Positions 26,401-40,665 of a stretch of 64,000 nucleotides of DNA are shown in pieces (position 1 is the first letter of the stretch; every line of letters begins with the position of its first letter). The DNA comes from Haliotis rufescens (taxonomy: Eukaryota), in contig NW_025964001.1 of the NCBI RefSeq assembly GCF_023055435.1, forward strand, positions 33,666,001 to 33,730,000, read 5' to 3'. The notes beneath the pieces were generated by a model. The model made no database searches. It was not told the DNA's origin and saw nothing but the letters and a program-made list of their open reading frames with translations. The translations under genes were made by a program, and so were the position numbers.

Positions 26401-29400
26401 GTCTGTCGTAACAGCCGGTTAAAATAGGTATGTCTGGTCACTTGACTTACTGCGTTACATCGTGACCCGACGGTGTTGACTGCTGCCTAAACATGCGTCC
26501 AGTCACTGGTTTGTCCGGTCAATTATGCCAATATTCACATACTCGCTGTTCCTTTGCCTGGCGATGTTTTTAGATTGTGTGATACAGGTATTATATTTTC
26601 CTTTTTAGGGTGTAGCAATATTTTTGGCGGCCATGGTGGGGGCACAGTGCCTCCCCAGCTTCTCACAACATCCCCGTCATTCCAAGAAGACACACCACGT
26701 CACCATGACAAAACAAGTCGCGCCCTTCGGAGGTGTAGCCCTCGACCTCTGTCCAACCTGTGTCCAGTTCACTGGAGAAGCCATTGATCAACTCCTCAAC
26801 ATCATTCTCAGTAAGTGTCCTCTGTGGGGCTTGTGACAGGGGATGTTTTGCTATGCCAATACCTAATGCGTACTTAATGCAAGTCTCGTGACGTTACCAT
26901 GTCAGAATAATTCCCCAGTACCACGTATTTGTCATATGAGCCGCCTAATGAGGTTGGCTGGTCATAATCTGATGCCACTGATTTTCCGTCATCGTTGGTC
27001 ATTTCAACCACTGGTTTGTCTGGCACAAACCTACGTACAGGCCATCGTAACATAGCTTGAACATTGCTGACTGTCGTTGGTGTATGACCGTAGTATTTTG
27101 GCCTTCCCTCCCCCAGGGATGTGCTTCTGAATTACTGGTCAAAGGGCGTTAGTTAGTTAGTTTGTTGTTTAACGCCGCACTATTCCAGCTATTAGTATAT
27201 GACGGCGGTCTGTACATATTCAAGTCTGGACCAGACAATCCAGTAATTGACATCACGAGCATCGATCCAGGCAATCGGGATACGATTACATGCATCAACC
27301 AAGTCAGTGAGCCTGACCATCCAATCCCTTTAGTCGCCTTTTACGGCAAGCATGGGTTGCTGAAGACCTACTCTAATCCGGATCTACACGGGTCTCAAAG
27401 GGCGTTAACTCACCGACATACTTGTGCAACTGCAACATATATCAACATGCATGCAATGCAATTCTATAGTAAAGTCACAGTTGGGACCGAGTCTAAGGTT
27501 CCAGATTGCGGTATGTATTTTTATCTCGAATTCGTGATAAACTGAAAATTTTCATATAGTGAAACGGTTGGGACCGGAGAATAGGTTTGAGATATCGGCA
27601 CATTATAGATAACGGGGTTTGACTGTATATACCTGATCTGTATTTTAAAGTGCATGACACCCAGTAGTGTTTTCAGGGAGATATTTGATTCAAACTCTTT
27701 TCACATAGTTGTGCACATTGTATTGGTAATATATATGTCTTGAAATACATACCTTGACCTGTTAAGCAAGGATGTAAGAAAGTTATCACTGCAGGGATTA
27801 CATGGAGAACAGACAACCTATTCAGGTTGACGCACGTGTATGTTGTTTCCTGCAGATCTCGGGGTTGTTGGATCCTGTGAAAAATTGTGCGCAGCTCTTG
27901 GTCAGAAGACCGGAAGTCAGGCCCTGGCGGTCGTCTGCGATCTTCTCTGTGACATTGCTGGTATTGACGAGTTTGTGAAACTCATTCAGAAGTGAGTAAA
28001 CATGAATAGGTGAATGGGTTGAAGGCAATACAGGTTAAATATAGCAGTGTGGTATAGTCCTCGCCACTTGAAATAGTATCATGAAATATCGCAATTATTA
28101 ACTAACAAATATATCTACATGTGTGCTAATACTTATAAAGTGAAAACAAGCCATTCAAGCGATAAAGAATATTACTTACAGTAATGACAAAAATTGCAAA
28201 GTGCGTTTTTCAAGAAATATCCATTTTCCTTGCGATAAATCATTGGTTTTGATCAAGCGGTTATAATCAGGGTGAGGATCAGCAGTAAAGTGACAACGAG
28301 TGTTTATATTTAGCAGTGCGTGCCACTCGAAGTAGTTCATTTGAACTTAAATTACTACATCCGCATGATCGTTCCGGTAATGTACGTTCATTGCTATTGA
28401 CCTAGTTCGAGATGCAACACAACTCATAGTTAAATAAAACATATTTTACTTCTAATTAAAAAAGGCACAGTTGCTTTGAAAAATATGCGTTAGCATTAAA
28501 GAAAAGAAAAGTGCCTAATCTCTCCACAGAATTCGTTGTGATACTACTGTTTTCTTCCACAGGGCTGATCTTGACCCAATCTATTTCTGTGAACTTCTTA
28601 ACGTATGCCCTATTTTTGATGACGGGGATGCCAAAATTACGGAACTTGCAATCGTCCCAGCATCAGGACCCCAAGGTAGGACGGCAACAGTCGCAGATAA
28701 AGAGAGGATATTTGTATTTTTTTGTCAAATAACATCTTTATTTCAGCGAGTGACATAGTTGAAATTTATGAGTGGCGCAGTCAAGAGTGGAATGATCAAC
28801 TTCGTTAGGTCACGAGAATAGACAACATGTCATCTGACAAGAAAAGACAAATGTTCTGTTTATTCTGTATTTTCTTACTAATTTCAATGATCGTACTGTG
28901 AAAACCACTGACAGTAGTTCCGACATTAAGTGTTATGTCACTTGAGTGACATAAAAATTATACATATTTTAATATAAATGCAAAATTTATACAACAAAAT
29001 AAATAAGAAAGTGTTCTACCTCACCTAAACAAATAATGTATTTGTTGTCCATGAAGTTGCCCACAACACCATTACACTACTTTTCTTCTTACATTTATTG
29101 GAGAAAGCAGTTTCGAAGTTACTAAAACATTTGTCCGTACTATGTTACCGCCTAATCAAAATTAAGTAATACTGTTCCTGTGCCTAGTTGATGCTTGATA
29201 CTGATTTTTTATTCAATTTGCTTCAGGTCAGAAAACAATCAACTTTTCTTACACCTCCAAGAACGGGACCGGAACTGGAGAGATCGTTGTTCTTGTAGAG
29301 ACAATTGATGGGCTTCCAATTGGTGAGTTACCAGCAGTCCGGGTTAGAATAGAACCCTAGGAGCCTCTGCTTATCGCTCGAGGCGACTTTATGGATTAGG

Positions 29401-30689
29401 TGGCATCGTTGGTCACATTATCTATTAATTACAGACCCTCGTTATATCTGGAATACTGTGTGGCGTGGCGTGAACAAGACACTAACAAGATGACACTACT
29501 GACGATGCAGGCAGTCTCATAACTATGACTACTGGCCAATATAATACTTTATAAGTTAATGTAAAGAGACGCCAGAAACCTTTAACTCAACCTTAAAGAT
29601 AATGTAACACCCGGTAAAATACTTATCTTTATTCTAGCCAATTTTTGTCACTCCTCTTGTCTTGAACTATGAATAACAATGAATAACTCGATCATTACTA
29701 ACAATGGGGGCATGACTACAACTTGTCGGTACAAATACGTTATAATTAGGTGATTTTACAGAGAAGTTGCATTAACTTGACAATAAAACTTTAAGTTTGT
29801 GGCAGAATATTTAGCCTTGGTATGGCTATCGAACCGACCATAGCTCGGTAAATTTACGATGGTCACCCCGACGTCGAGTAATCTTGGTATCACTGTATAT
29901 CCTATAGTATAAAACATACAAGTTCATTTCTCTCCACAGAGGATAGTTTCCTGAACCAGAAGTCTCCAGCAGGCACCTATCCCACCCGTATGACCCTGAA
30001 GGCTGAGCCTGACCCCAGCTGTGACCCATCCCAGGGACCGTGCGAGCAGTGGCTACCAGGAAACTACACCCTACGTGTTGGTGGGTGCAACGTGCAATTA
30101 ACTACACGGGGTCTGGTATCTGGCTCTCTACACCTGGCACAATAGCGAACTCTTCGAAAACAACAGCATGATTTACTTTTCGGATTTTGATGAGCCTTAT
30201 TACTGATGTGGGGTAGTCTGCTGGTTAACTCGTACGCTTGTCACACTGAAGGCCCGGGTTCGATTCTCCACATGGGTGTACAAATTGTGAAGCTAATGTC
30301 TTATCCGATAGTAAAATGAATGCGAGGGCTGCAATCTGTAAACTTCGCAATACAACTTCGCGAATTTGGTGCCACATTAAGTAAGTATTAAGTTTGATCA
30401 ATACTTATCAGAACAATTTCCATTTAGTTGTTTTTTCACAAATTTTGCTAACCAGGCTAGCTTGTTCCGGAAACGGGATCAAAATGAAAATTCAGGGCAT
30501 AGCATATTACTAATAATATCCGCAAAACTGAAAACTCATCATGTTAATTCATCTCTTGATAACATATATTCATCAGACTGATCAAGATATATTTTCCCTT
30601 TAGATATCTGTAATGGCGAGTGCGGCAGCGACCATCCCCACAGCAAGATCTACGACAGACGCTCCATCTCTTTCCTCATCACTGCATAG
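23417..30689 (+). CDS. Countin-like secreted saposin-domain protein, copy 2 (261 aa)
   Basis: Exons 23417-23428, 26609-26810, 27856-27991, 28563-28675, 29227-29322, 29940-30080, 30604-30689, with the same intron phases as copy 1. MNIKGVAIFLAAMVGAQC...DLCPTCVQFTGEAIDQLLNIILNLGVVGSCEKLC...VCDLLCDIAGIDEFVKLIQKADLDPIYFCE...ICNGECGSDHPHSKIYD. AATAAA at 30718. Intron 1 spans an assembly gap. Confidence 0.92.
25411..25562. other. Assembly gap (152 N)
   Basis: Run of N. Confidence 1.
25563..26400 (+). repeat. 51-bp minisatellite, about 16 visible units, in intron 1 of countin-like copy 2
   Basis: Unit CAACAGGTCCCCAGTACCCCATGCATGTCTCCCTGTGGGGATCCCGGGCCT with variants. It abuts the N gap, so the true length is unknown. 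Confidence 0.97.
27150..27394 (-). mobile_element. SINE family B copy
   Basis: Reverse complement of the 59137 element, including head CCCGTGTAGATCCGGATTAGAGTAGGTCTTCAGCAACCCATGC. Confidence 0.8.
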
Positions 30690-31749
30690 ATATATTGTGT
30701 TGTAAGGACTTAGTTGGAATAAATATGGAAAATGTAACTCCCATCTTGATATATATCCTTGAACCGACAACCCCGACATTTGATGTTATTGTCACAACTC
30801 CTTCACAAAAGTGTATAACCGTTTCGTCACCTGAGAGAGTGTGTATTTCACCCATGCTACGTGCTACTGTTTCGGTCCCCATTGAAGGATTTGACTGGAT
30901 GAGTTACTTTACTTTGGTGAGAGGCCATTTTGATGTCACGGAAACATTCTTCAAAATTATACTTGTTTACAAAGTTTACAGACACGCATTTGGCGTAAAA
31001 CATATATACTGAGAAGACTACATACCGGCCCTTTCGATAACAGGAAGTTTGGGATTTCTTCTTGTGTACAGGCCTTCTTATGTTCCACAGCCAAGATAGG
31101 AATCTTGGAGATACCTACTGTCGCAGGGATTTCTGCCACTGAACATCGTTTTAGATGTCATATTATGACGGAATTTCAGTTTGAAATACTTGATGACAGC
31201 CAGTTTCGTGTCCATAGACATCAACAGAGAAGAGAATGCCGAAGAGAAATTTGCTACTTGGTTGTGTAAATGGTTCAATTGCAACCTGTATGCATGGAAA
31301 GTTATCTTCTTAGAGACCGACCCGTGAAGATCCGGGTTAGAATAGGTCTTCAGCAACCCATGCTTGTCGTAAGAGGCGACTGATGTCAATCACTTGATTG
31401 TCTGGTCCAGACTCGCCATAATAAAGCTGGAATATTGCTGAGTGCGGAGTTAAACAACAAACAAACAATCAAACAAATCTTAGAAACCGGTCACTGCACT
31501 GGGACACAGGGAGTTCGTTTTAACTGAACCGTGTGATCGGCACACTTTGATGTATACATTTCGAACCCTAAATTGTATATCTCTAATATGACATAGTTTA
31601 ATTTTGAAGTCAGCTTTATTCATCGAAGTATGATGCCGTAGTATTACCTGCAATCCAAAATAATTACAGCATACACTTGTTTCTGCTCTACGAGATTTCA
31701 ATCTTGTATTTTAACTTTTTCAAGCAAAGGAGGCAACTCTTACCATAAA

Positions 31750-33180
31750 CCAACATAAAAATTGTACCAAAGCCAGGTGAAGACCCCTCACTACCAGCAT
31801 CGTATAAGCCAATTTCCCTTACCTCTAATTTATGTAAAATTATGGAAAGAAAGTTACCAACCGCTTGACTTATTATCTTGAGAAAAATGAATATTATCCA
31901 GAATTCAATCAGGGTTTCGAAAAGGTCGCTCATGTTTAGACAAAATTAATGCCTGGTGTTCAAAATGGGGATTCTAAATATCCCACTCAAAGTCAGTAGC
32001 AATGATGATCACTCGTCGTAAGATTCCTTCAAAGGTTGGGGGAACATCGTATGAGTTTATTTTAATCAGAGACGTTCATGGTGAAGACATATATCCCATC
32101 TTTGTAGCCGTTGTAACATTGTTATGAATCTAATCAAGTGTGTGTCCAAAACACAATGGGTAGCTGATAAATCTACCAAGTTATTGCCATGTAAAGCACG
32201 TATTCTATCAAGACTTGACTATGGCTGCCAAGTCTCCATGTCTGCTTCTAAAAGCCACCTAATCAGGCGTGATCGCATTCAGTCAGTGGCCTCAGAATTT
32301 GCACTGGAACTCCAGTCTTAGCTCTTCGAGTTGAGTGTTCCGACATGCCCTGCTCCTTCGACGTCAACAGATATCACTTAAATATTTTCTAAAGATGAGC
32401 AGCTATCATTCAGTTACTGATAATATTTAATGAGTGTGTCGATTATGAATGTTAGATATGGCAAGATTCCGTTTGGCTTGGACATTCAGAAATTGGCAGC
32501 ACAACATGGAGTTGATCACTTGAATCCAGCAGATGAACCCACACCTTCTAAAGCTGCTCCTTGGACTTGCTTATAAACTCAATGTTGTTAAGAAGTCTAT
32601 GAGTCAAAATATACTGAGATCAGTTTCTGAGAATGTTATACAAGAACACTATGTAGACTTTACACACATTTATACTGACGCCTCCAAGGATTCTGCAATG
32701 GTTCGAACAGCTGAAGCTTTCTGGATCCCTGAATGTACTATCTCCGGCGTGTTCAGTCGTCATGCTTACACACCGGTTTTTGCATCAGAACAAGCATTGT
32801 CATGGGTGGATAAATATGGTCACGAAGCACTCATTTTTACTGATTCACTGACAGCTATTAAGATTATCTGGAGTTAATGGGCCCAGGAATGATATTGTTT
32901 ACGAAATTTTGAAATTATACACAATTTTGAAAACTTAATGTATCTCATGTGACATTGTATGGGTTACAGCTCATGTCCGTTGGCAGGGTAATGAAATAAC
33001 ATATTATCTTGGGCGTTTAGGATTGATGAAGGAGGAGGTTTATAAAAACTTCATGCCTTGCCAAAGAGATTTCGAATACTTAGTATGCTCTTGTGAAATC
33101 GTTCTCCATAAAATGGCAACAATTCTGGGATGTTGGTTCTATTGGAAGACATATGCACAGACCCTGTCCATCAGTTACAC
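31750..33180 (+). mobile_element. Degenerate non-LTR retrotransposon fragment with RT and RNase H remnants (I/Nimb/Ingi-like)
   Basis: VPKPGEDPSLPASYKPISLTSNLCKIMERKV (RT N-terminus), ILSRLDYGC, and RNase H motifs HIYTDASK, LIFTDSLTAI, WVTAHV..GNE. Many disruptions and internal deletions. Confidence 0.8.
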
Positions 33181-33225
33181 AAAACATCATTTGATGCAAA
33201 TAGACCTTATTCCTGGTCTAAGCTA

Positions 33226-33262
33226 TACCACTACCACCACCACCACCACCACCACCACCACC
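33226..33262. repeat. (CAC)n microsatellite
   Basis: About 12 units, seen directly just after the LINE relic. Confidence 0.9.
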
Positions 33263-33747
33263 ATCAAAATTACTGCAAATCTTCCATTGTCTCTTGCCTC
33301 CTTAGCGAGTTTAAATCCCAACTTTATAGGGTTCTTTTTTGCTTGCTTTAAACACTCCATTCGCAACATTATCTTTATTATAAAATGCCCATTTTTACAT
33401 TGCCTTCACCAAATAAATGTATGTGCATTATCTTTGATGACTTTCCCCGACAGACTGTTATATTTTTGGTGACCATTCCCTTATTCCCTCACATTCGGAG
33501 TGAAAAGTTGACTGGAGTTTGGAAGAATTGAATAGGATATGTGAATGTATGTGGAAAACCGGAAGTGCAACTTGCTTTTTGTTGTATGTTTGAGATGCAT
33601 GTGAAAGTTGTATTCTATGCTACCACAACCCCTTCCTCTATAGGCAGACGTACGTATCACGGCCTTGTGTGATAGAAGACAGTACCGAACCAAGACTGGC
33701 ATCAGGTACTGAATTGTGCTTGGTGGCGACCTATTGGGAAAGATTAA

Positions 33748-34020
33748 GTGAGTGAGTTGGGTTTAACTCCGCTTTTAACAGTATTTCAGTTATATCAAGG
33801 CGTGTCAGCTTAATGTGGGAGGAAAGCCCGAACTGATGCAGGTCTCAGATGTTTACCATTTCGGTGAAACCCACGAGCACGGGTATAGTGCTGACAAACC
33901 TAGAAACATAATCGGGGCGAACGGGATTCGAACCCACAATCACAGGTTTCTGTTGTTCCCAAGGGACGCAACTCTGCACAGCGAATCGCGGCGCCTCAGA
34001 CGACTGGGCCACCCGTAGCC
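33748..34020 (-). mobile_element. SINE family C (tRNA-Leu-like head with long box A to box B spacer, (ACTC)n tail)
   Basis: Head GGGTGGCCCAGTCGTCTGAGGCGCC...GTGGGTTCGAATCCC and 14-bp TSD CCTATTGGGAAAGA at 33730-33743 / 34021-34034. Other copies at about 6722-6895(+), 16079-16331(-), 20489-20765(-), 21306-21485(-), 49200-49470(+). Confidence 0.85.
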
Positions 34021-35050
34021 CCTATTGGGAAAGAAAGCACACAAGTACAACAGGTTGTTGGTTTACGTCGCAGTCAGCAATACTCCAGCTACATTACGGT
34101 GGCGTGTAAATAGTCAACAGGACAAGAAGACAAGTCAGAGACTCTGATCATCCAATACAGTCGACCTTTACGACCAGCAATGAGGTGTTGAGTACCTATG
34201 AAACGGGTGGTGAGGCTCGGTGACCTGGTTGATTGCGTGTCATCGTACCCAAATGTCATCGAGCGTTGCTCATATCAGTCACCGGTTTATCGGGGACAGA
34301 CTCTATTATGTACATGCCACCGGCACATATCTGGAATATTGCTGAGTGTGGCGTTTAATAACAAACATCGATCTACAAATATGAAGCTTCTGGCTTCCGG
34401 GTTTTATAAAAGAATTTTTTGGCAACGAAGCCTTGTACAGAAAAGGGGTTTTCGCCATTGAGTTGTATGTCCGTTACATTATGACAGCTCATATTTAATG
34501 ACAGCTCAAAGTGATACAGCTTATAAATTCAGAATTAAAAACATAGTTCACATCCATATTGAATCTTTGAAGTAAGCCGCTGACTTCTGAGTATCATTCA
34601 AAGGTCCTAACATGCAAGTGAGAACGTGCTGTCTCACGGTAATTTTTCCTTAAAATAGAATGGAAGAATTGAGAATAAATGATGACATCAGAGTTGCTAG
34701 CGTTCCAAGATTTATTCAGGTGCAGTGTGTTTAATAAACATTTCAATTCAATTAATCACATAATCATATCTAATAATCATAAATTATATCATTACAAATA
34801 ATTGTCATAACGTCGTGGTTTCTTATGACATACTCAGAATATAAAACAATAAGCATTTCGCTTCAATCTTATAACATATCAAATAATCATCATTACATTA
34901 TATACAAGACGTTTTCTCATGGTATGGGTATGGTGCTGACAACCAAGAAACCTTATCAGAGGGAAGAACTAACTGCAAAATGAAATCGTTATTTACGTAA
35001 CTTCTGTGAATTTCCACTCAGGAGAACCAGATATAAAAGTCCCTACCGGG

Positions 35051-35134
35051 CTTCCATACACCAAGCTTTATAAAGGAACATCTTTGCAATGCACCTCTTC
35101 CTTGTTCTAGGCCCGGCTGGGGATATTACTTGCA
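35051..35134 (+). promoter_or_regulatory. TATA-containing core promoter/5' UTR of countin-like copy 3
   Basis: CTTCCATACACCAAGCTTTATAAAGGAA with TATAAA at 35069-35074, homologous to copies 2 and 4. Confidence 0.75.
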
Positions 35135-38100
35135 ATGAACGTCAAGGTAATTCACGCATTGGATTTCTTTTTCGTTTACTCATGACAAATCAAATGTTAC
35201 GTATTACAACAGATGCCAAGGTTGATTGTAATGGTTCAGTAATCACACTGAAGATAAAAAAAAATCGAAAGATGAATTATAAATATAATACAATATAGTT
35301 TGACATATTATTACAATTGCTTTCAAAAAGTGTTTTTTGTCTTCTTCTTTTTAATTTTGAAGGTCTAGATAAGTAATGTGTGATCTTTATTTGTTAAATA
35401 AATATCTTTTGATGAAAGTATAAAGTTGAATGTCCATGTTCTCATTCTGCACTGTGGTCCGCAATATACCAGAGATAAGCCCTGTTTCAGTTTCCCAGAA
35501 TAACCTCATAGCCGACCTCGACGTCAGAATACTCGACATTAGACAGCTGAGATAAAACTCAAGATTGTCTGAAACATTACAACCAAAATACTAATTATTG
35601 TACTGACATATTCATACATCGTTGTTGTATCACAGCTTTTGTAAAAGCCAAAGTGGGCTAATAGCGAATGCAGGATTGATATTGTTCAACATACACAGAA
35701 GCAATCATGTCTAGTTTTCTTTTGATAAATTTTATTATTTATTAGAAGACAAATTCTATATCTTACGTCAGTCTAGCAGTTGTTTTGAAAGTATATTTTT
35801 AGACTTGAACAGAGACATGTGACCAGGAATACTGATGTTTCATTGGATGGGGCTTACTAGAGGTAATGTGAGGTTTCGACATGTGTATGAAGAATACCAT
35901 CTCTTGGGAGACACAACACCAAGTTACATACTGATAACTGCCTCAACTGAACTTAAGTTAGATATTTAAGGGGTGTGGGAAACAGCGAGAATGGAGAAAA
36001 ACTGAGAAACGAGATGTGATTAGATACCTGCATAAAAGGCAGATCACCAAAGGATATACAGGAACAGGTACGCTGCTTTGGGACAATTGACCTTCATATT
36101 CATCTGTAAAGAGATGACTTCTGATTTAAGCGGGGCAGAATAAGCAGCGGTCTGCTCGTTTTGATGATGCCACATCTGACACTCAAGTGGAGGCTGACCG
36201 ACGTGTTACAAGTCAGCATATCGATGACACTATTGAGATAAGCTTTTGGGACTGTACGATCTATCCTAACTGAAATACTCGACACAAACAAACAGTCCAA
36301 TGTTGACACCAGACCACCATAAGCTGATTCGACTGAACAAATCCAGGGACCACACGACCAATTATTAGCTAAATCCTGATATTTTCATGCGAACTGTTAC
36401 CTAAAGTGGACCTGGGTACATCCCTTTGATGGCTACAGGTGAAAAGATTGGCCTCGTCGGCACCAGAGAAATAGAAGCGTACGGTATCAGTTGGCAAAGT
36501 CATGTCTTTAGTATTCTGAACCTGCAGGGGATAATCATGACTGACCATTTGCAGCGTGGAAACACTATCAACGTAAATGTTATGCCACAGAACTACGTCT
36601 GAGAACACTTATCAGGGAACAACTGGGATTTTATCGAAAAACACAAATTGTCCCCGAAAATATTTGAAAAAGAAATTATGCTTCAGACAGTGGGAAAATG
36701 TATTTGTCTTCCACTAAAATTACATTGTTGCAATGTGTTTTTCGGAAAACAATATTGAGACTCATAGGTTCAATTAAAGAAATTACTGGTTTTGCAGCTG
36801 TAGCTGAAAGATATTCCCCACTTTCATCGTCTGATTGCAAAGGTTATATGATCAAGATAAATATATGGTTATCAAAATCACACAAAGAAAATGTATCCCA
36901 AGACTCATTGTGACTTAATACATCTCAGTATAAAAGAAGGTGAAACTCAAACGACTGTCAGTTATGTCATTGGTTCACTTCTGTGTGATACCCAGTGTGT
37001 CATGGTGATAGGGGAATGGTTCTTGTTGTAGGGTGTAACAGTATTCCTGGGGGTTCTGGTCGGAGTCCAATGTCTGCCAAGCTTCTTCCATCAGGCCCAG
37101 ACACAGGACATCCAGCACACCGGAAGTGAAGCCATCGGCACACGCGTACAGTGCGAGACATGTATACAGTACTCTAGAAAGTTCGGCAATGATCTCCTTG
37201 GCATCATTCTCAGTAAGGGTTCAATGAATACCATGTGTAGGCATCTGCACTCAACATCTGCCATCAAATAAGCTTGTCCTCGGGGAATACCGTCTGATGT
37301 ACACCGCACCGTACACGGCTGCACAGAGGGTACCTTATTCCCCGAGGAATGCCACATTTACCTAATTTGAAACTAAACAGAGATGGACATGCGAAACGTG
37401 TGTAGACCACAGTTTGTATATGGTTGGGCTCTGTGCATCACGTACACCTAAAGTCAATGTTCGACAGCAACACAAATTATAAGAAATATCTACTAAAAGC
37501 AGAGTCCATTGTACGATTCCTACTAAACCATAAGCATGTGTTAATGAATCACTGTGGCACCCATCACGATGACATGCAAAGGCAAGTCATATGTTCACCT
37601 GAAAAAAACACGGGATCATCATTATATGGTTCACGTCAAAATAGGGAATTGCATCGGACATAAATTTTTGTCACTGATGCGTCAAATTTGGAATTGTTCT
37701 CCACATGTCTACCTTAATACTTTTGAAAGCTTTACTCAGGCCTTAATTGTAATCCTGGTCAACAGTAACTTTTATATACATTACGCGGGGACAGGGCTTT
37801 AAATTGTAGAAATAGCAGAGAACGGCAAAACCTACGTTGCCATGACAATGGGGTATTCCAGTTGTACATCGTTGTAGCGGGAATATGAAAATTTATCGCA
37901 ACGTTATTGACCAATATGATTCAAGTGTTTTACTTGTGTGATAACATAATGTTGTCTGAACAGCTGTTTAACATATAATATTAACATATCCAGCGTAGAA
38001 TCTGCTTCATTTCTTGCAGATACAGGTACTCATGGTTCGTGTGAGAAGCTGTGTGCAGTGCTCCATGACAAGAGTCTGAGTCCCATGTGTGATCGTCTCT

Positions 38101-40665
38101 GCGAATCTGTTGGTCTAGTTGAATTTGCTGAATACTTTAAGAAGTGAGTTAAACCAAATAACCCTGTAAAAGGTAGGTCGTTAAAGAAAAGAGTAAAGGT
38201 ACATTCGTCAAATGACAATACAGTGTTGGTGTCTATCTACATGTGTTTCTTCAAAATGCATGTTTTCGTTCCATAAATTTCCAACATAAAACAATATTAA
38301 CATTGAAATTCTTGAATCAGCCACTAAACATTAAGACATTCGATCCCTTCAAAAACAATACGCTCTTATTTCCTCTACCTCTCTTTGGTATTCCGAATAA
38401 GAATATAAGTCTCCCGGGTAGCCTATGCTGTTCGTACGAGGCAACTTAATGGATCGGATGGTCGGGTGTTGTGAATTAGTTGATTGAGTGGCAACGTAAC
38501 TCGGCGGCGTGGGACGATGCTCAAACTACTAATCATGGTTTGTCTGGACCAGACTCGATTGTTTACAAGCCAGCGACATTTACCTGGAATATTCGGCTTT
38601 AACAAATTCACAAACAAACTGTGAAACTTGTTTTACAGGCATATAATTAATGCTACACGTGCTTGAACCATCTCCTGTGTTCGTTGTAGGAATACTCTAA
38701 AGCTATGATTATTTTTTACTCTGCAGGGCGGACGCAAACCCTTTCTACTTTTGTGAGCTTATGACCTTATGCCCTGGATTTGACAACGGTGACGCTGAAA
38801 TCACAGAGCTGTCAGTGGACCCACCAGTAGGGCCTCAGGGTATGTCCGCCATTTGTCAGAGCCAAATTCGGTTCGTCCACTGAAAGCACTGACTTCCTGT
38901 CTTCTGTAGAGAAAGCTTTGTCTACATGTAGTGCATCAGTGTTTAAAACTTATTAGTAGACACGCCTTTCAGTATAACTATCCAAGAATATAAGCCTAAA
39001 CATTTTGTGATTGAGAAGGTAAACTGGCTTTAAAATTAGGTGAATCAACACACCTAATGAACACAACGTCCCTTAACTTACTCAAACTAATGTTTCATGT
39101 TGACATCATACTTGGTTTGATTAAGGGAATGCATATATAGGTACTTTAGTTTAGTTCAAAATGTTCTAATTGGCAGTCACCAATGCCCTGTTGTTGTCGA
39201 TGGGTCCAAGTGCTGGAAATCGTTTTCTGTCAAGTAAGCTGTGGGAGCCGATAAGTCTGTAAATTACATTGACATATGAGTAGATGGGTCTGACGTGATA
39301 AAAAAAACATTCATAAAACCATTTAGAACCGAGAAGGCCAAACTTATTCAGTTACGAATGAATACAGTTGATAATCAATGCAGATGCCATCGCCAATACT
39401 TGGGGGGTTTGTATACACCATGATTGAGGACGCAGTGTATGCAGACCCCCAAAGGAGTGCCGATGTGCTGCCTGAAAGTGAAGATTACTCCGCTTTGTTC
39501 GGTGCCCTATCCTGGCAGGTTTGTTGAAGGTAAAACCAGTCGTACCGATATAGTTTACCCTCTTGTTACAGGCACGAGAACAATAAGCTATTCTTACACC
39601 TCCAAGAAGGGAACAGGAACCGGAGAAGCTGTTCTGCTTGTTGAGACAATTGATGGATATCACATTGGTAAGTCCTCAAAGATCACGTATTGACATATAC
39701 TTTTATAAGCGTTATCTATTCTTAAAAAACAGAACATGCAGTTCGTGAATAACTGAAATACTGTTCAAATCTCACCAGATATCTTCCTTCACAGACGATA
39801 GTGTCCTCATCCAGAAGTCTCCGCCAGGCACCTACCCCAACAGCGTCACCCTCACGACTATCCCCCGCCCCCACTGTAACCCTAACAAGGAAGCCTGTGA
39901 AAAGTGGGTTCCTGGAAACTACACACTATTTGTGGGTGAGTGTCTCGGCTACCATAACTCTCATACATGTACATTATATGCCGTTAGCTGTTGCATGACC
40001 TTAGCCATAATTGCTCATGGAAGTCTTCTGCTCGATTCGGTTCGATTCCCTATTCGATAACTCTCATATATGCACCTGACATGGGGTTAGCTGTTGTTTG
40101 ACCTTAGTGTAACTGGTGTTTTTAGTATAGAGTCAGGCAGGCCATCTGTTCACAAACTACAAGGGGTCGGTTATGTAACCTAGTATAGTCACACTCGTCA
40201 CACAGAAGGCCCGATTTCGATTATCCACATGGGTACAATGTGTGAAGCCCATTTCTGGTTTCCAATCCCGTGATATTGATGGAATATTGCTAAAAGCGGC
40301 GTAATATCCTATTCACTCACTCATTTGTTGTCATTTTCGGCGGCGTAAAACATACTAACACAAACAAAAAGTGTGACTTGATATTTATATATATAGTCTG
40401 ATTTTATATATAGTCGATTCTGTGACAGTAATGTCATTTAACATCATGCCATTTTCATCTTTGAGACGTGGACGGCGTTGACACCAGTATTATAAACATC
40501 TCGCCACTGCGTGACTAACGTTGTTAAGGATGTTTTGTCTAAGACTCGATTTATCAGCTTCATCATCATACCATTCCAGGTATCTGCAATGGCAGGTGTG
40601 GAAGCAACTTCCCACACAGCAAGATCTACGACATGCGAAACACCACGTTCGTCATCACTGCCTAG
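35135..40665 (+). CDS. Countin-like secreted saposin-domain protein, copy 3 (250 aa)
   Basis: Exons 35135-35146, 37032-37212, 38020-38143, 38727-38839, 39572-39667, 39795-39935, 40580-40665. Frame intact and all 12 family Cys kept. AATAAA at about 40832. Confidence 0.92.
35990..36620 (+). mobile_element. Highly decayed mariner relic in intron 1 of countin-like copy 3
   Basis: MEK..RDVIRYLHK start and QGIIMTDHLQRGNTIN, similar to mariner GIIMIDYLEKGKTIN. Boundaries approximate. Confidence 0.6.

Noticed and set aside
25354-26427. Several 279-344 aa ORFs with 17-aa periodicity on both strands
   Set aside because: They arise from a stop-free 51-bp minisatellite plus an N gap inside an intron, are open in several frames at once, and the unit derives from a SINE.
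32533-32877. RNase H-like ORF possibly linked to RNASEH2C
   Set aside because: It is the disrupted RNase H domain of a non-LTR retrotransposon, so the proximity is coincidental.
33023-33472. Poly-Thr / poly-His ORFs
   Set aside because: Produced by a (CAC)n microsatellite next to a decayed LINE, with no splice or homology support.
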